Positions 28,128-37,603 of a DNA stretch of 64,000 nucleotides are shown piece after piece. Numbering within the stretch: the stretch's first letter is position 1; the number at the start of each line of letters is the position of its first letter. Location: NCBI GenBank assembly GCA_036676355.1, contig JAKFDA010000072.1, forward strand, positions 77,705-141,704, read 5' to 3'. The notes beneath the pieces were generated by a model. That model ran no database searches. It saw only the letters and a program-made list of their open reading frames with translations, and had not been told where the DNA came from. The translations under genes and the position numbers were made by a program. The stretch is from Nitrosomonadales bacterium. GTDB taxonomy: Bacteria > Pseudomonadota > Gammaproteobacteria > Burkholderiales > SG8-39.

Positions 28128-29031
28128 AGCCGCGCGCGTGCGGCGCATCGAAAGCGTGCGGTTGCGCAATGCGCTGCTGCTGCAACCGAGCACGTCCGCC
28201 GATTTTTTCTGGACGCCTGCGCACGTGCCGGCCGCGTTCGAGGTCGAACGGCGTGCGCCCCCGCCGCTGTTCGCGCAGGTCGTCGCAGGTCTCGATATCG
28301 AACGACTGGGCGATTGGGACAAGGCGCGCGCGCTGGCCTCGCATCTCACCGAGTGCGCGCAGGACAGGGGGGCGATTCAGTCGGACCTGGGCACCACGTA
28401 TCGGCGCATTCGCGAGGGATACGGTCATTGCGCCGATTTCGCCAAGGTCTATCTCGCGCTCGCGCACGCGGCCGGTCTGTTCGTGCGCCAGTGGGCGTTC
28501 ACGCATAACGGTTTCGGCGGCAATGGCCACGTCCTCACCGAAGTGTGGGATTCGCTGCGCGGAAAATGGCTGATGCTCGATGTGTACAACAACTTCTACG
28601 CCGTCGATGCGGTATCGAATCGTGCGCTGAGTGCGCTGGAATTTCGCGACAGCGTATTGGGCACGCGCGCGCCCGCGATGGTGCGACCGATCGGCGTGGG
28701 GCGCCCCGGTTTCATTCATCACGCCAAACTGATGGAGTATTACCGGCGCGGCGCAGGCGAGTGGTACCTGATCTGGGGCAACGCGGTTTACTCCGCCGAA
28801 AGCAATCCGATCGTGCGTGCAGCGATCCGCCTGCATCCGGCGGCGGGGCATGCGGCGGCGATGCTGTTTCGCGCATCGCCGGGCATTCGCGTGTATGTCA
28901 CCGCCGGCAACCGCGCGGCGGTCGAAGCGCTGGTGAACCTCGGACGCAGTGTGCGCTTTGCCCTATGGTCGGCGGTCATGCTCGGCGCGGGCGCGGCAGC
29001 GATCGCGCTTGTTGCATCGAGGGCGCCATGA
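28096..29031 (+). CDS. Transglutaminase-like (papain-fold Cys-His-Asp) protein with C-terminal TM anchor
   Basis: Carries GYGHCADFAKVYLALAHAAGL (Cys), GHVLTEVW (His) and WLMLDV (Asp) in canonical order and spacing. The C-terminal hydrophobic helix is FALWSAVMLGAGAAAIALVA. The start is uncertain (ATG 28096/28099 or GTG 28138). Confidence 0.6.
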   Translation: MMLKSDALPPEAARVRRIESVRLRNALLLQPSTSADFFWTPAHVPAAFEVERRAPPPLFAQVVAGLDIERLGDWDKARALASHLTECAQDRGAIQSDLGTTYRRIREGYGHCADFAKVYLALAHAAGLFVRQWAFTHNGFGGNGHVLTEVWDSLRGKWLMLDVYNNFYAVDAVSNRALSALEFRDSVLGTRAPAMVRPIGVGRPGFIHHAKLMEYYRRGAGEWYLIWGNAVYSAESNPIVRAAIRLHPAAGHAAAMLFRASPGIRVYVTAGNRAAVEALVNLGRSVRFALWSAVMLGAGAAAIALVASRAP

Positions 29032-29990
29032 GTCTGCGCTGGGCCTTCGATGCGTTGTCGCCGGCCGGCAAGGGCGGCCGCTTGTCAGTGCTTATTTTCC
29101 ATCGCGTACGGCCGCATAAGGATGAACTCTTTCCCAACGAGCCGGACGCGGAAGAGTTCGAAGCGCAACTCGGCTGGATACGGCGATGGTTCCGCGTGCT
29201 GCCGCTGGCCGATGCGTTGAGCAGTTTGCGGGCCGGCACATTGCCCGCGCGCGCCGCCGCCATCACCTTCGACGACGGTTACGCGGACAACTGCACGGTG
29301 GCGCTGCCGCTCCTGCGCTCGCTCGGCCTGCACGCCACGTTCTTCATCGCGGTTGGTTATCTCGATGGCGGGCGCATGTGGAACGACACGGTCATCGAGG
29401 CCGTGCGCGGTGCGAGCGGCCCCGAACTCGATCTGACCACGCTGCAACTCGGCAGCCACCCGATTGCCACGCCGGCGGAACGAACCGCGGCCATCCAGCG
29501 CGTCGTCAAACAACTGAAGTATTACGCGCTGGAGCAGCGCGGCGTGGTTGCGGACGCGCTGGCCGCACAATCGGGCGCGGCCTTACCCGATGACCTGATG
29601 ATGAGTTCGGCGCAATTGCTCAAGCTCAAACAGGGCGGCATGGGCATCGGCGCGCACACCATCAGTCATCCGATCCTCGCCAACGTGACCAACGAGCGCG
29701 CTTGGCACGAGATCGACGAAGGCAGGCGTCGACTGGAAGCGATCGTGCGCGATCCGGTGACGCTGTTCGCCTATCCGAACGGCAAGCCGGAGCGCGACTA
29801 CAACGCGACGCATGTGCGCATGGTGCGCGAGGCGGGCTTCGATGCCGCGTTGTCGACCGCCTGGGGTGCGGCGAGATTCGGTTGTGATCCATTCCAGATT
29901 CCCCGTTTCACGCCCTGGGATCGTGCGGCGTGGCCGTATGCCTTGCGTCTGATGCGCAACCTGAGGAGGCCGCACTATGCTGCCGCGTGA
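29028..29990 (+). CDS. Polysaccharide deacetylase (NodB homology domain), second copy
   Basis: ATGA overlap with the previous gene. Motifs AITFDDGYADN, ATFFI and IGAHTISHP are present. Confidence 0.8.
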   Translation: MSLRWAFDALSPAGKGGRLSVLIFHRVRPHKDELFPNEPDAEEFEAQLGWIRRWFRVLPLADALSSLRAGTLPARAAAITFDDGYADNCTVALPLLRSLGLHATFFIAVGYLDGGRMWNDTVIEAVRGASGPELDLTTLQLGSHPIATPAERTAAIQRVVKQLKYYALEQRGVVADALAAQSGAALPDDLMMSSAQLLKLKQGGMGIGAHTISHPILANVTNERAWHEIDEGRRRLEAIVRDPVTLFAYPNGKPERDYNATHVRMVREAGFDAALSTAWGAARFGCDPFQIPRFTPWDRAAWPYALRLMRNLRRPHYAAA

Positions 29991-31128
29991 GCCTGAGAAG
30001 GATGTCGAGCGGGCGAACGCGTCACGCTCGCCACGGCGCGTCGGACTGATCGGACCGTTGCCGCCGCCGGCCGGCGGCATGGCGAATCAGACGCGACAGC
30101 TCGCCTGGTTGTTGCGTGAGGCGGGCATTGAAGTCGAACTGGTGCAGGTGAATGCGCCGTACCGGCCGTCGTGGATCGCACACGTGCGCGTGCTGCGCGC
30201 AGTCTTTCGTTTGCTGCCCTATCTACTGCGGCTGTGGCGCTGCGCCGGCAGCGTCGATCTCATGCACGTCATGGCCAACTCCGGCTGGGCCTGGCACCTT
30301 TACGCCGCACCGGCAGTGTGGCTCGCGCGCTTGCGCGGCACCCCGGTGGTGGTCAACTACCGAGGCGGTAGCGCCGATATTTTTTTGCAGGCGCAAGCGC
30401 GCTGGGTGCGACCGACTTTGCGCCGTGCCAACTTCGTGGCGGTGCCCTCCGGTTTCCTGCATGCGGTATTCGCGCGTTACGGCGTCGACACCGAGATCGT
30501 GCCGAATATCGTCGACCTGGCCCGTTTCTCTCCGACTGTGCGTTCGCGCAGCGCCGTACGGAGCGGCCCGCATCTGATCGTCACGCGCAATCTCGAACCG
30601 CTCTACGACGTCGAAACCGCGCTCGAAGCATTGGTGCTTATCCGCGCCGAAGCGCCGCACGCGCGCCTGAGCATTGCGGGCAGCGGGCCGTTACGCCACC
30701 AACTCGAAGCGCGTTGCCGCGAACTCGATATCGCGGACGCGGTGCGCTTCACCGGCCGGCTCGATCCCGAGGGCATGGCGGCGCTGTATCGCACGGCGGA
30801 CGTGATGCTCAATCCTTCGCGCGTGGACAACATGCCGAATTCGGTGCTCGAAGCTTTTGCCAGCGGCGTACCGGTGGTCAGCACCAACGTGGGCGGTATT
30901 CCCTACTTCGTCGAGGACGGCAAGACCGCGCTGCTGGTCGCGCCGCGCGATCCGGCGGCAATGGCGCAAGCCGCATTGCGGCTGGTGCACGATCCTCTGC
31001 TCGCTGCCGCCTTGAGGGCCAACGCGTTATGGGCCACGTCCGCGTACAGCTGGCCGAACGTGCGCGCACGTCTGTTCGAAGTGTATGCGGCGGCGGTGCT
31101 GCAAGGCGCGCCGCAGCGTCGGCTTTAG
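29977..31128 (+). CDS. GT4 glycosyltransferase
   Basis: ATG follows a GAGGAGG Shine-Dalgarno motif and overlaps the previous gene by 14 nt. The C-terminal motif is NPSRVDNMPNSVLEAFASGVPVVSTNVGG. Confidence 0.8.
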   Translation: MLPREPEKDVERANASRSPRRVGLIGPLPPPAGGMANQTRQLAWLLREAGIEVELVQVNAPYRPSWIAHVRVLRAVFRLLPYLLRLWRCAGSVDLMHVMANSGWAWHLYAAPAVWLARLRGTPVVVNYRGGSADIFLQAQARWVRPTLRRANFVAVPSGFLHAVFARYGVDTEIVPNIVDLARFSPTVRSRSAVRSGPHLIVTRNLEPLYDVETALEALVLIRAEAPHARLSIAGSGPLRHQLEARCRELDIADAVRFTGRLDPEGMAALYRTADVMLNPSRVDNMPNSVLEAFASGVPVVSTNVGGIPYFVEDGKTALLVAPRDPAAMAQAALRLVHDPLLAAALRANALWATSAYSWPNVRARLFEVYAAAVLQGAPQRRL

Positions 31129-31263
31129 CGAAACCGATATGCGCCATAAAAATTTGCAACGAGCGGTGCAGCGATTGCCTCTTTCCGGTGGTTCGGCCGG
31201 CGGCCGAAGCCAACGAACAACAGCGACTGCGACGAATCCTGGCGGTTGACGGGGACGAAGATC

Positions 31264-32583
31264 ATGCCGATACGCGACATCACCCTTGTACTGTTTGTGC
31301 TCAGCGTGCTGCCTTTTGCGCTGTCGCGTCCGCATGTGGGCATCCTGCTGTGGACGTGGATCGGTTTGATGAACCCGCACAAGCTCACCTGGGGCTTTGC
31401 CTACAACATGCCGTTCGGCGTCATAAGCGGGCTGGCGACGCTGGTGGCGATGGTGGTTTCCAGGGAGCCCAAGCGGCTGCCGTTGCAGCCGCCGGTGATC
31501 GCGCTGATTCTGCTGGCGTGCTGGATGGCCGTCACCACCACATTCAGCATCAATACCAATCACGCTCTGGGCCAGTGGGAGAAGGTGTTCACCATTCAGG
31601 TGTTCATTTTCATCATGCTGATGGTGATGCAGACCAGGGAACGGATTCAGTGGCTGGTATGGGTCTCGGCCCTGTCCATTGCGTTTTTCGGCATCAAGGG
31701 CGGGCTTTACACACTCATGGGCGGCGGCGGCTATGTGCTCGGGCCGCCCGGCGGTTTTACGCAGGGCAACACGGAAATCTCGCTGGCGCTGACCATGGCG
31801 GTTCCGTTGCTTTGGTATCTGACGCTGCAGTCGAACAACGCCTGGGTCAAGCTCGCGCTCAAGGCGGCCATTGTGCTGACCGCGATCGCCGTGATCGGCT
31901 CGTACTCACGTGGCGGTCTGCTCGCCATTCTCGGCATGAGCGTTTTCCTGTGGTTCAAGAGCCGCAAGAAAATCGCCATCAGCCTGATCGTGCTGATGAT
32001 GATCCCGGCCATGCTGAGCTTCATGCCGGATACCTGGTTCGAAAAGATGGCGACGATCGAGACCTACAAGCAGGATTCCTCGGCGATGGGCCGCATCAAC
32101 GCCTGGGGCTTCGCCACCAATCTGGCACAGGATCGTCCGTTCACCGGCGGCGGCTTCGGCGCGTTCACGCGCGAGAATTTCTACAAATACGCGCCGATTC
32201 CGGAGGATTTCCACGATGCGCACAGTATCTGGTTCGAAATGCTGGGCGAACACGGCTTCATCGGCCTGCTGCTGTTCATCGGTGTCTGGGTGACGGCATG
32301 GCGGGTCGGCAATCGCGTCATCGCGCTGACCAAGGGCAACGAAGCGTTGCGCTGGGCGCGCGACCTTGCCGCGATGATTCAGGTCAGTTTGATCGGCTAT
32401 TTTGTCGGCGGCTCTTTCCTTGGCCTGGCGTACTGGGATTTTCCTTATGTGCTGATGGCGCTGCTGGTTCTTACGCATGTGGTCGTGCAACGTGAGTTGG
32501 CGCCGCACGCGGTGCCGCGCGCTGTGGCAACGCCGCAGCCGGCGGCGCTCGAGCCACCCGCGCCGGCGGGAGCGCGTGGCTAG
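31264..32583 (+). CDS. O-antigen ligase/Wzy-like membrane protein (putative O-glycosylation ligase, exosortase A-associated)
   Basis: About 10 TM helices with a periplasmic loop ...YSRGGLLAI... and ...DAHSIWFEMLGEHGFIG (Wzy_C pattern). The N-terminus resembles the TIGR03097 family as recalled. The TTG at 31246 is an alternative start. Confidence 0.75.
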   Translation: MPIRDITLVLFVLSVLPFALSRPHVGILLWTWIGLMNPHKLTWGFAYNMPFGVISGLATLVAMVVSREPKRLPLQPPVIALILLACWMAVTTTFSINTNHALGQWEKVFTIQVFIFIMLMVMQTRERIQWLVWVSALSIAFFGIKGGLYTLMGGGGYVLGPPGGFTQGNTEISLALTMAVPLLWYLTLQSNNAWVKLALKAAIVLTAIAVIGSYSRGGLLAILGMSVFLWFKSRKKIAISLIVLMMIPAMLSFMPDTWFEKMATIETYKQDSSAMGRINAWGFATNLAQDRPFTGGGFGAFTRENFYKYAPIPEDFHDAHSIWFEMLGEHGFIGLLLFIGVWVTAWRVGNRVIALTKGNEALRWARDLAAMIQVSLIGYFVGGSFLGLAYWDFPYVLMALLVLTHVVVQRELAPHAVPRAVATPQPAALEPPAPAGARG

Positions 32584-32696
32584 ATGCGCCGCTATAAGGT
32601 GCCGATCGGCCCTTTCCTTGCACAGAGGTCGGCGACTCCACTCGCTCGGCGATGCACTACCGGGACCATGTCCCGGTATCGCTGTGCACACTCTCA

Positions 32697-33221
32697 ATGA
32701 ATTCAGCAGCCGCCGGTGAAAATCGCACCCAGCACGACAAACTCGATGTCAACGATGACCTCGACTTCCAGCGTCGGGTGTGGCGCTTCGAGCGCGCGGG
32801 GTGGGTGGCGATGGGCCTCATCGGCCTGGCCGGCCTGCTCGGACTGCTGGGGGCAGGTTTATTGAGCGGTGCGGAGTCGGGCGATGGTCGCCTGCGCATC
32901 GAGTACGAGCGCTTTCATCGGCATCTTTCGCCGGTCGAACTGACCGTCCATATCGACAAAGCGGCAATAAAGGACGGTGCGGTGGGGCTCGTGCTGAATG
33001 AGGGTTTCGCCGACAAATTCCAGATCCAAACGATCATGCCGCAGCCGACACAATGGCGACTCGCCGGCGACGGCATGCACGTGCGCTTTCTTGCGGCTGA
33101 TTTCGAGTCGCCCGCGACGGTGCGCTTCTATCTCAAGCCGCAAGGCTACGGCCCGGCCTCGGTCGCGATCGGGCTCGAAGGCGCACAGCCGCTGACCTTG
33201 CCGCAGTTCATCTATCCCTAG
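32697..33221 (+). CDS. Hypothetical single-pass membrane protein
   Basis: Has a TM helix WVAMGLIGLAGLLGLLGAGLL followed by about 120 aa of beta-rich sequence. I recognise no family. The start is uncertain (32652 or 32697). Confidence 0.4.
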   Translation: MNSAAAGENRTQHDKLDVNDDLDFQRRVWRFERAGWVAMGLIGLAGLLGLLGAGLLSGAESGDGRLRIEYERFHRHLSPVELTVHIDKAAIKDGAVGLVLNEGFADKFQIQTIMPQPTQWRLAGDGMHVRFLAADFESPATVRFYLKPQGYGPASVAIGLEGAQPLTLPQFIYP

Positions 33222-33232
33222 ACGGGGGCGAC

Positions 33233-33676
33233 ATGGATGCCGTATTGCGCGCCATCGCGATCTATCTCGTACTCCTGCTTCTGTTTCGCGTAGCCGGGCG
33301 GCGTACGCTGGCGGAAATCACCACCTTCGATTTCGTGCTGCTGCTCATCATCGGCGAGGCCACGCAGCAGGCGCTGCTCGGCGAAGATTTCTCCGTTACC
33401 AACGCCGTCGTCGTGATCGCCACGCTGCTGTTCGCCGATGTGATGTTTTCGCTGATGAAATCGCGTTCGAAGAAAATGGAAAAGGTGCTCGACGGCGTGC
33501 CCACCATCGTGGTCGACAATGGCCGTTGTCTGACCGAACTGATGAAGAAAGCGCGCGTGGACGAAGACGACGTGATGGAGGCCGCGCGCCGTCTGCAGGG
33601 CATCGAGCGGATCGATCAGATCAAGTATGCGGTGCTCGAAGTGAACGGCGGCATCACCATCATTCCCTATCGCTAA
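33233..33676 (+). CDS. DUF421 (YetF-like) membrane protein
   Basis: Begins MDAVLRAIAIYLVLLLLFRVAGRRTLAEITTFDFVLLLIIGE and ends with the C-terminal domain ...VDEDDVMEAARRLQGIERIDQIKYAVLEVNGGI, typical of DUF421. Confidence 0.7.
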   Translation: MDAVLRAIAIYLVLLLLFRVAGRRTLAEITTFDFVLLLIIGEATQQALLGEDFSVTNAVVVIATLLFADVMFSLMKSRSKKMEKVLDGVPTIVVDNGRCLTELMKKARVDEDDVMEAARRLQGIERIDQIKYAVLEVNGGITIIPYR

Positions 33677-33727
33677 CGGTGCGGCCCGGTCGTTCGCGAT
33701 TCCCGCCGCGGCGCCGCTTGATCCGCG

Positions 33728-33931
33728 CTAGTCTGTCTCATCCTTGAGCATTTGCCGCAATTCCTCGCGCAATTCCTGCGTGGCCGCATGGCCGTGGGCC
33801 GATACGGCGTGCTGCGTCGCGGCGCTCAGCACTTCGTCTTCCGTGCCGGAAATCTTGAGCGAGCAGTTGTTGGCGCTGGGATAAAGCCGGCAGTCGATCG
33901 ACTTGCGCGGCGCGGACGTGGCGGTTTGCAT
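33728..33931 (-). CDS. DUF1059-like small protein
   Basis: 67 aa from the ATG at 33931. The segment ...CSLKISGTEDEVLSAATQHAVSAHGH... resembles DUF1059. The 104-aa ORF-track version has an Arg-rich leader that is unlikely to be real. Confidence 0.55.
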   Translation of the reverse strand: MQTATSAPRKSIDCRLYPSANNCSLKISGTEDEVLSAATQHAVSAHGHAATQELREELRQMLKDETD

Positions 33932-34086
33932 GGTGCGCCTCCTGGCGGTGGAGCGTTCTAAATGTAGTCCTTGCGGTGAGACATTCAAGAAGCGCGAGCC
34001 GCCTTTGTCGGCACGCGCCGACGTTTCGCTCGTCCGGTACATGCATTGCTGCCTTTTCCATTCATTCGCCCGAGCGGAGGCCTGCC

Positions 34087-34827
34087 ATGCAGCGGCGCGA
34101 AAAAATCAATCTCATGCGGATCGACCGCTTGGGTTATCTGGTGTGCGGACTGGCGCTGGTCGGCTGGGGGATGCGTCGACGCAGCATCGCGCGCAGTGGC
34201 GCCGCCGGACTTGGCGGCTGGCTGCTCTATCAGGCGTATACCGGTTACAACCCGATGTTCACCCCGCTTGGCATACGCGTGAATCGCGAACCGGGCGAAG
34301 CGACTGCCAACGAAACGATCGTGCTCGACCAGGCCATCACCATCAACGCCACGCGTGAGGAGCTGTATCGCTTCTGGCGCAATCTCGAAAACCTGCCGAA
34401 CTTCGCGCCGCGTGTCTCGCGCGTCGAAGTGTTCGATGAAATCCATTCACGCTGGCACATCGAGGCGATGAACGGCCGCGCCGCGGTGTGGGAGTCCGAA
34501 GTTACGCGCGACGACCCCGGCCGCGAAATCGCCTGGCGTTCGACCCATAACGAGGTATTGAATCATTTCGGCAGCGTGCAGTTTCGCGACGCCCCGGGCG
34601 GCCGCGGCGCGGTGGTGGCGGTGCACCTCGAGTATGTTTCCCCGGCCGGCTCGCTTGGCGCGGCGGTAGCGCGCATGGCCGGACAGGCCCCCGAGCGTTA
34701 TGTCACCGACGCGCTGCGGCGTCTGAAGCAGCTCGTGGAAATCGGAGAAGTCGTTACGACATACGGTCAGCCGGCCGGGGCCAATCGCACGGAAGGCGTG
34801 GCGGGCGTCGATTCCAGCGCTCATTAG
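34087..34827 (+). CDS. SRPBCC (cyclase/dehydrase-like) protein with N-terminal membrane segment
   Basis: ATG follows a GGAGG Shine-Dalgarno motif. Two N-terminal hydrophobic helices are followed by INATREELYRFWRNLENLPNF..., the typical polyketide_cyc2/SRPBCC opening. Confidence 0.6.
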   Translation: MQRREKINLMRIDRLGYLVCGLALVGWGMRRRSIARSGAAGLGGWLLYQAYTGYNPMFTPLGIRVNREPGEATANETIVLDQAITINATREELYRFWRNLENLPNFAPRVSRVEVFDEIHSRWHIEAMNGRAAVWESEVTRDDPGREIAWRSTHNEVLNHFGSVQFRDAPGGRGAVVAVHLEYVSPAGSLGAAVARMAGQAPERYVTDALRRLKQLVEIGEVVTTYGQPAGANRTEGVAGVDSSAH

Positions 34828-34898
34828 TGCGGCGCAGGAGTGTGCGTCGCGTTTGGCGATGCCGAGCGCTCGGCCGGGTTCGTTAGAGGAGTGCTGCA

Positions 34899-36068
34899 AT
34901 GAAAGCCACGTGCTGGTACGGCAAACACGATGTGCGCGTCGAGCAGGTGCCCGATCCGAAAATACTGAACGAGCGCGATGCCATCGTGCGCGTCACCGCG
35001 ACCGCGATCTGCGGTTCGGACCTGCACTTATACGACGGCTTTGTGCCGACCATGATGAAGGGCGACATTCTCGGCCATGAGTTCATGGGCGAAGTGATGG
35101 AGATCGGCAGCGCGGTGCGGAACCTCAAGGTGGGCGATCGCGTGGTGGTGCCGTTTCCGATCGCCTGCGGCGCATGTTTTTTCTGCGATAAGGAGTTGTA
35201 CTCGCTATGCGAGAACTCCAATCCCAACGCCTGGATGGCGGAAAAGATGTGGGGCCATTCGCCCTGCGGGATATTCGGATACTCGCATCTGCTCGGTGGG
35301 TATGCGGGCGGACAGGCCGAGTATGTGCGCGTGCCGTTCGCCGACGTCGGGCCGATCAGAATTCCCGCCGGCCTCCAGGATGAACAGGTTCTGTTCCTGT
35401 CCGACATTCTGCCGACGGGCTACATGGCTGCCGAACAATGCAGCATCGACAACGGCGATACCGTCGCGGTGTGGGGTTGCGGGCCGGTCGGTCAGTTCGC
35501 CATCGCCAGCGCGTTCATGCTCGGCGCGGAGCGCGTTATCGCGATAGACCGTTTTCCAGAGCGCTTGCGCATGGCGGCGCGGGAGCACGGGGCCGAATCG
35601 CTGAACTACGAAGAAGTGGAGATTGCCGAAGCGCTGAAGGATCTGACCGGCGGTCGCGGTCCGGACGCGTGCATCGACGCGGTCGGCATGGAGGCCCATG
35701 CGCACGACGGCGTCGGCGCCTATGACCGCATCAAGACGGCCATGATGCTCGAGACCGATCGCCCGATTGCCTTGCGCGAGGCGCTCATGTCATGCCGCAA
35801 TGGCGGCACGGTGTCGGTCGCGGGTGTTTATGGCGGCCTCGCCGACAAGATTCCCCTCGGTGCGCTGATGAACCGTTCCCTCACCATCCGAACCGGCCAG
35901 ACCCATGTCCATCGCTATATGCGGCCGCTGCTCGAGCGCATCGAGAGTGGCGACATCGATCCGAGCTTCGTCATCACGCACCGGCTCTCGCTCGACCGGG
36001 TGGCGGACGGCTATCGGATGTTCCGCGACAAGCAGGACGAGTGCATCAAGGTGGTCCTGCGGCCCTGA
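34899..36068 (+). CDS. Zn-dependent alcohol/formaldehyde dehydrogenase family (MDR)
   Basis: Carries [17 protein letters not shown] and the structural-Zn cysteines [15 protein letters not shown]. The Rossmann motif is VWGCGPVG. Confidence 0.9.
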   Translation: MKATCWYGKHDVRVEQVPDPKILNERDAIVRVTATAICGSDLHLYDGFVPTMMKGDILGHEFMGEVMEIGSAVRNLKVGDRVVVPFPIACGACFFCDKELYSLCENSNPNAWMAEKMWGHSPCGIFGYSHLLGGYAGGQAEYVRVPFADVGPIRIPAGLQDEQVLFLSDILPTGYMAAEQCSIDNGDTVAVWGCGPVGQFAIASAFMLGAERVIAIDRFPERLRMAAREHGAESLNYEEVEIAEALKDLTGGRGPDACIDAVGMEAHAHDGVGAYDRIKTAMMLETDRPIALREALMSCRNGGTVSVAGVYGGLADKIPLGALMNRSLTIRTGQTHVHRYMRPLLERIESGDIDPSFVITHRLSLDRVADGYRMFRDKQDECIKVVLRP

Positions 36069-36097
36069 TTGGGCCATGGGCCTTGCCGCGGACGCCC

Positions 36098-36316
36098 TCA
36101 GCGCTTGGGACCGACCAGCAGCAGCACCACGCCGAGCGCGATCGCGCCGACGCCTGCCCATACCGGCACGTTCACGCTTTCCTTTTCCTGAATGGAAAAC
36201 TCGATCGGGCCGAGTTTGGCTTCGTGTGTGTCCTTGGTGTAGGTGAAGCTGCCGTACGCCAGCCCCAGTGCGCCCGCTACGATCAGTGCAATGCCGATCA
36301 ATTTGGTGAAGCCCAT
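36098..36316 (-). CDS. Small two-TM membrane protein (DUF3185-like)
   Basis: 72 aa from an ATG with a GGAGG Shine-Dalgarno motif. It has hydrophobic helices at both ends. The family call is tentative. Confidence 0.5.
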   Translation of the reverse strand: MGFTKLIGIALIVAGALGLAYGSFTYTKDTHEAKLGPIEFSIQEKESVNVPVWAGVGAIALGVVLLLVGPKR

Positions 36317-36668
36317 GCAACGCCTCCGCTGTTTGTAACTATTCCTGACGTCGCCCGAAGAATAACGTCTGTGCGGTTCTGCGGGTAACCGTTTGCCTGA
36401 ACGGTACAAAACCCCCGGTTTGCGCCGGGCGGGCGGTTTCCCCGTCCCGGTTGTGGTCTTTGCCGGAGCGGCGTACTCTTATTTGGCACTTCTTCCGCGC
36501 TTCGTAGTATGCGTGCGCGCATGAAGCCGAATGAAGGGTCGCAGCGGCGATGGATCGGCCGACCAATCATTGGCGGTGAGCTTTCTTTGTTGTACGACCA
36601 CGCCGACGTTAAAAACAGTCATTGCGTGAAAGCGGGTATCTACCCGAAACAAAAGGAGAGTGTGGTCC

Positions 36669-36899
36669 ATGTACAAGTGCATAGCGATTATTTCATTGAT
36701 GGTCGTTGCGTTGGCAGGCTGCGGGGAGAAAAGCGCCGATACGACGGCGACCAGTCCGAGCTCGACAGCCAGCGCCCCCGCCGCCGATGCGTCCAGCTCT
36801 TCCGGCACGCCTGCGGCGGAGGTGCCTTCCGTGTGGACGAGTTCCGGCTCCGAAACCGCGACATCGAGCGGTTCGTCACCGTCCACGGAAAGCAAATAG
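36669..36899 (+). CDS. Small lipoprotein with Ser/Thr/Ala/Pro-rich low-complexity body (copy 1)
   Basis: ATG lies 8 nt after GGAGAG. The signal peptide and lipobox read MYKCIAIISLMVVALAGC. The remainder is 59 aa of S/T/A/P/G-rich sequence. Confidence 0.55.
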   Translation: MYKCIAIISLMVVALAGCGEKSADTTATSPSSTASAPAADASSSSGTPAAEVPSVWTSSGSETATSSGSSPSTESK

Positions 36900-36957
36900 C
36901 AGCCTTTCGATGGCGCGAGCGCGCCATCGGCTCCGAAAGCAAAGATCGCGTCAAATT

Positions 36958-36980
36958 GCAGAGGCGCGCAGCGCCTCTGC
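36958..36980 (+). repeat. Conserved hairpin GCAGAGGCGC-GCA-GCGCCTCTGC (copy 1)
   Basis: Perfect 10-bp stem with a 3-nt loop, 59 nt after the lipoprotein-1 stop. A near-identical copy follows lipoprotein 2. No U-tract follows. Confidence 0.6.
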
Positions 36981-37195
36981 ACACCTCTCCGGACACCCCG
37001 GAATCGGTCCCCCCACCGCCAGGTTGAGTCGCGCCGTTTCGTCCGGTTGAATCGAGCGCCTCGCTCTTCCATCGTTCATCGCAAGCCCGCGTCCGACAGG
37101 GGACGCTGGCCTCGTATCGCCGCATGGATCGCGGACCCCGGGAACAGTGCTTGCGTCATAGCAGGTATTGATCGAAAAACACGGAGAGTGTGTCC

Positions 37196-37570
37196 ATGTA
37201 CAAATGCGTAGGGATTATTTCATTGGCGGCAGTTGTCTTGGTCGGCTGCGGAGAACAGGGCGCTGATACCGAAACGAACCCCACCGGCCCGACTGCTGTC
37301 GCGCCCGGTACGTCCGGTTCTTCCGGCGCACCCGCCACGGAGGCGCCCGCGGTCACCGGTTCCGGCGCGCCTGGCAGCGAGACAGGCTCGACCGGCTCGG
37401 TACCGGATGCGCCTCCGGCCGGATCCTCGGCCAGCACAGCGGGGAGCGAGCCGCTCCCGGACAAGGAACTGACGCCAAAAGAGGAGTCGCAGAGCATGCC
37501 CCAATCCGGACAGGCAAACGACTACTCGACCCCCGAGCGCAGCGATGCTATGGGCACAGGCAGCAAGTAA
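37196..37570 (+). CDS. Small lipoprotein with Ser/Thr/Ala/Pro/Gly-rich low-complexity body (copy 2, paralogue)
   Basis: Begins MYKCVGIISLAAVVLVGC. The Shine-Dalgarno region, start region and first ~80 nt are clearly homologous to copy 1. Confidence 0.55.
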   Translation: MYKCVGIISLAAVVLVGCGEQGADTETNPTGPTAVAPGTSGSSGAPATEAPAVTGSGAPGSETGSTGSVPDAPPAGSSASTAGSEPLPDKELTPKEESQSMPQSGQANDYSTPERSDAMGTGSK

Positions 37571-37603
37571 GTTAAACGAAATTCAGAGGGAATGCGATCG
37601 ATT

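Noticed and set aside
36484-36499. TGGCAC-N...-CCGC on the plus strand about 170 nt upstream of lipoprotein copy 1.
   Set aside because: The GG/GC spacing is right, but the -12 element is CCGCG rather than TTGCW. The site is far from the start codon and is not conserved in the duplicated copy. It is too weak to call.
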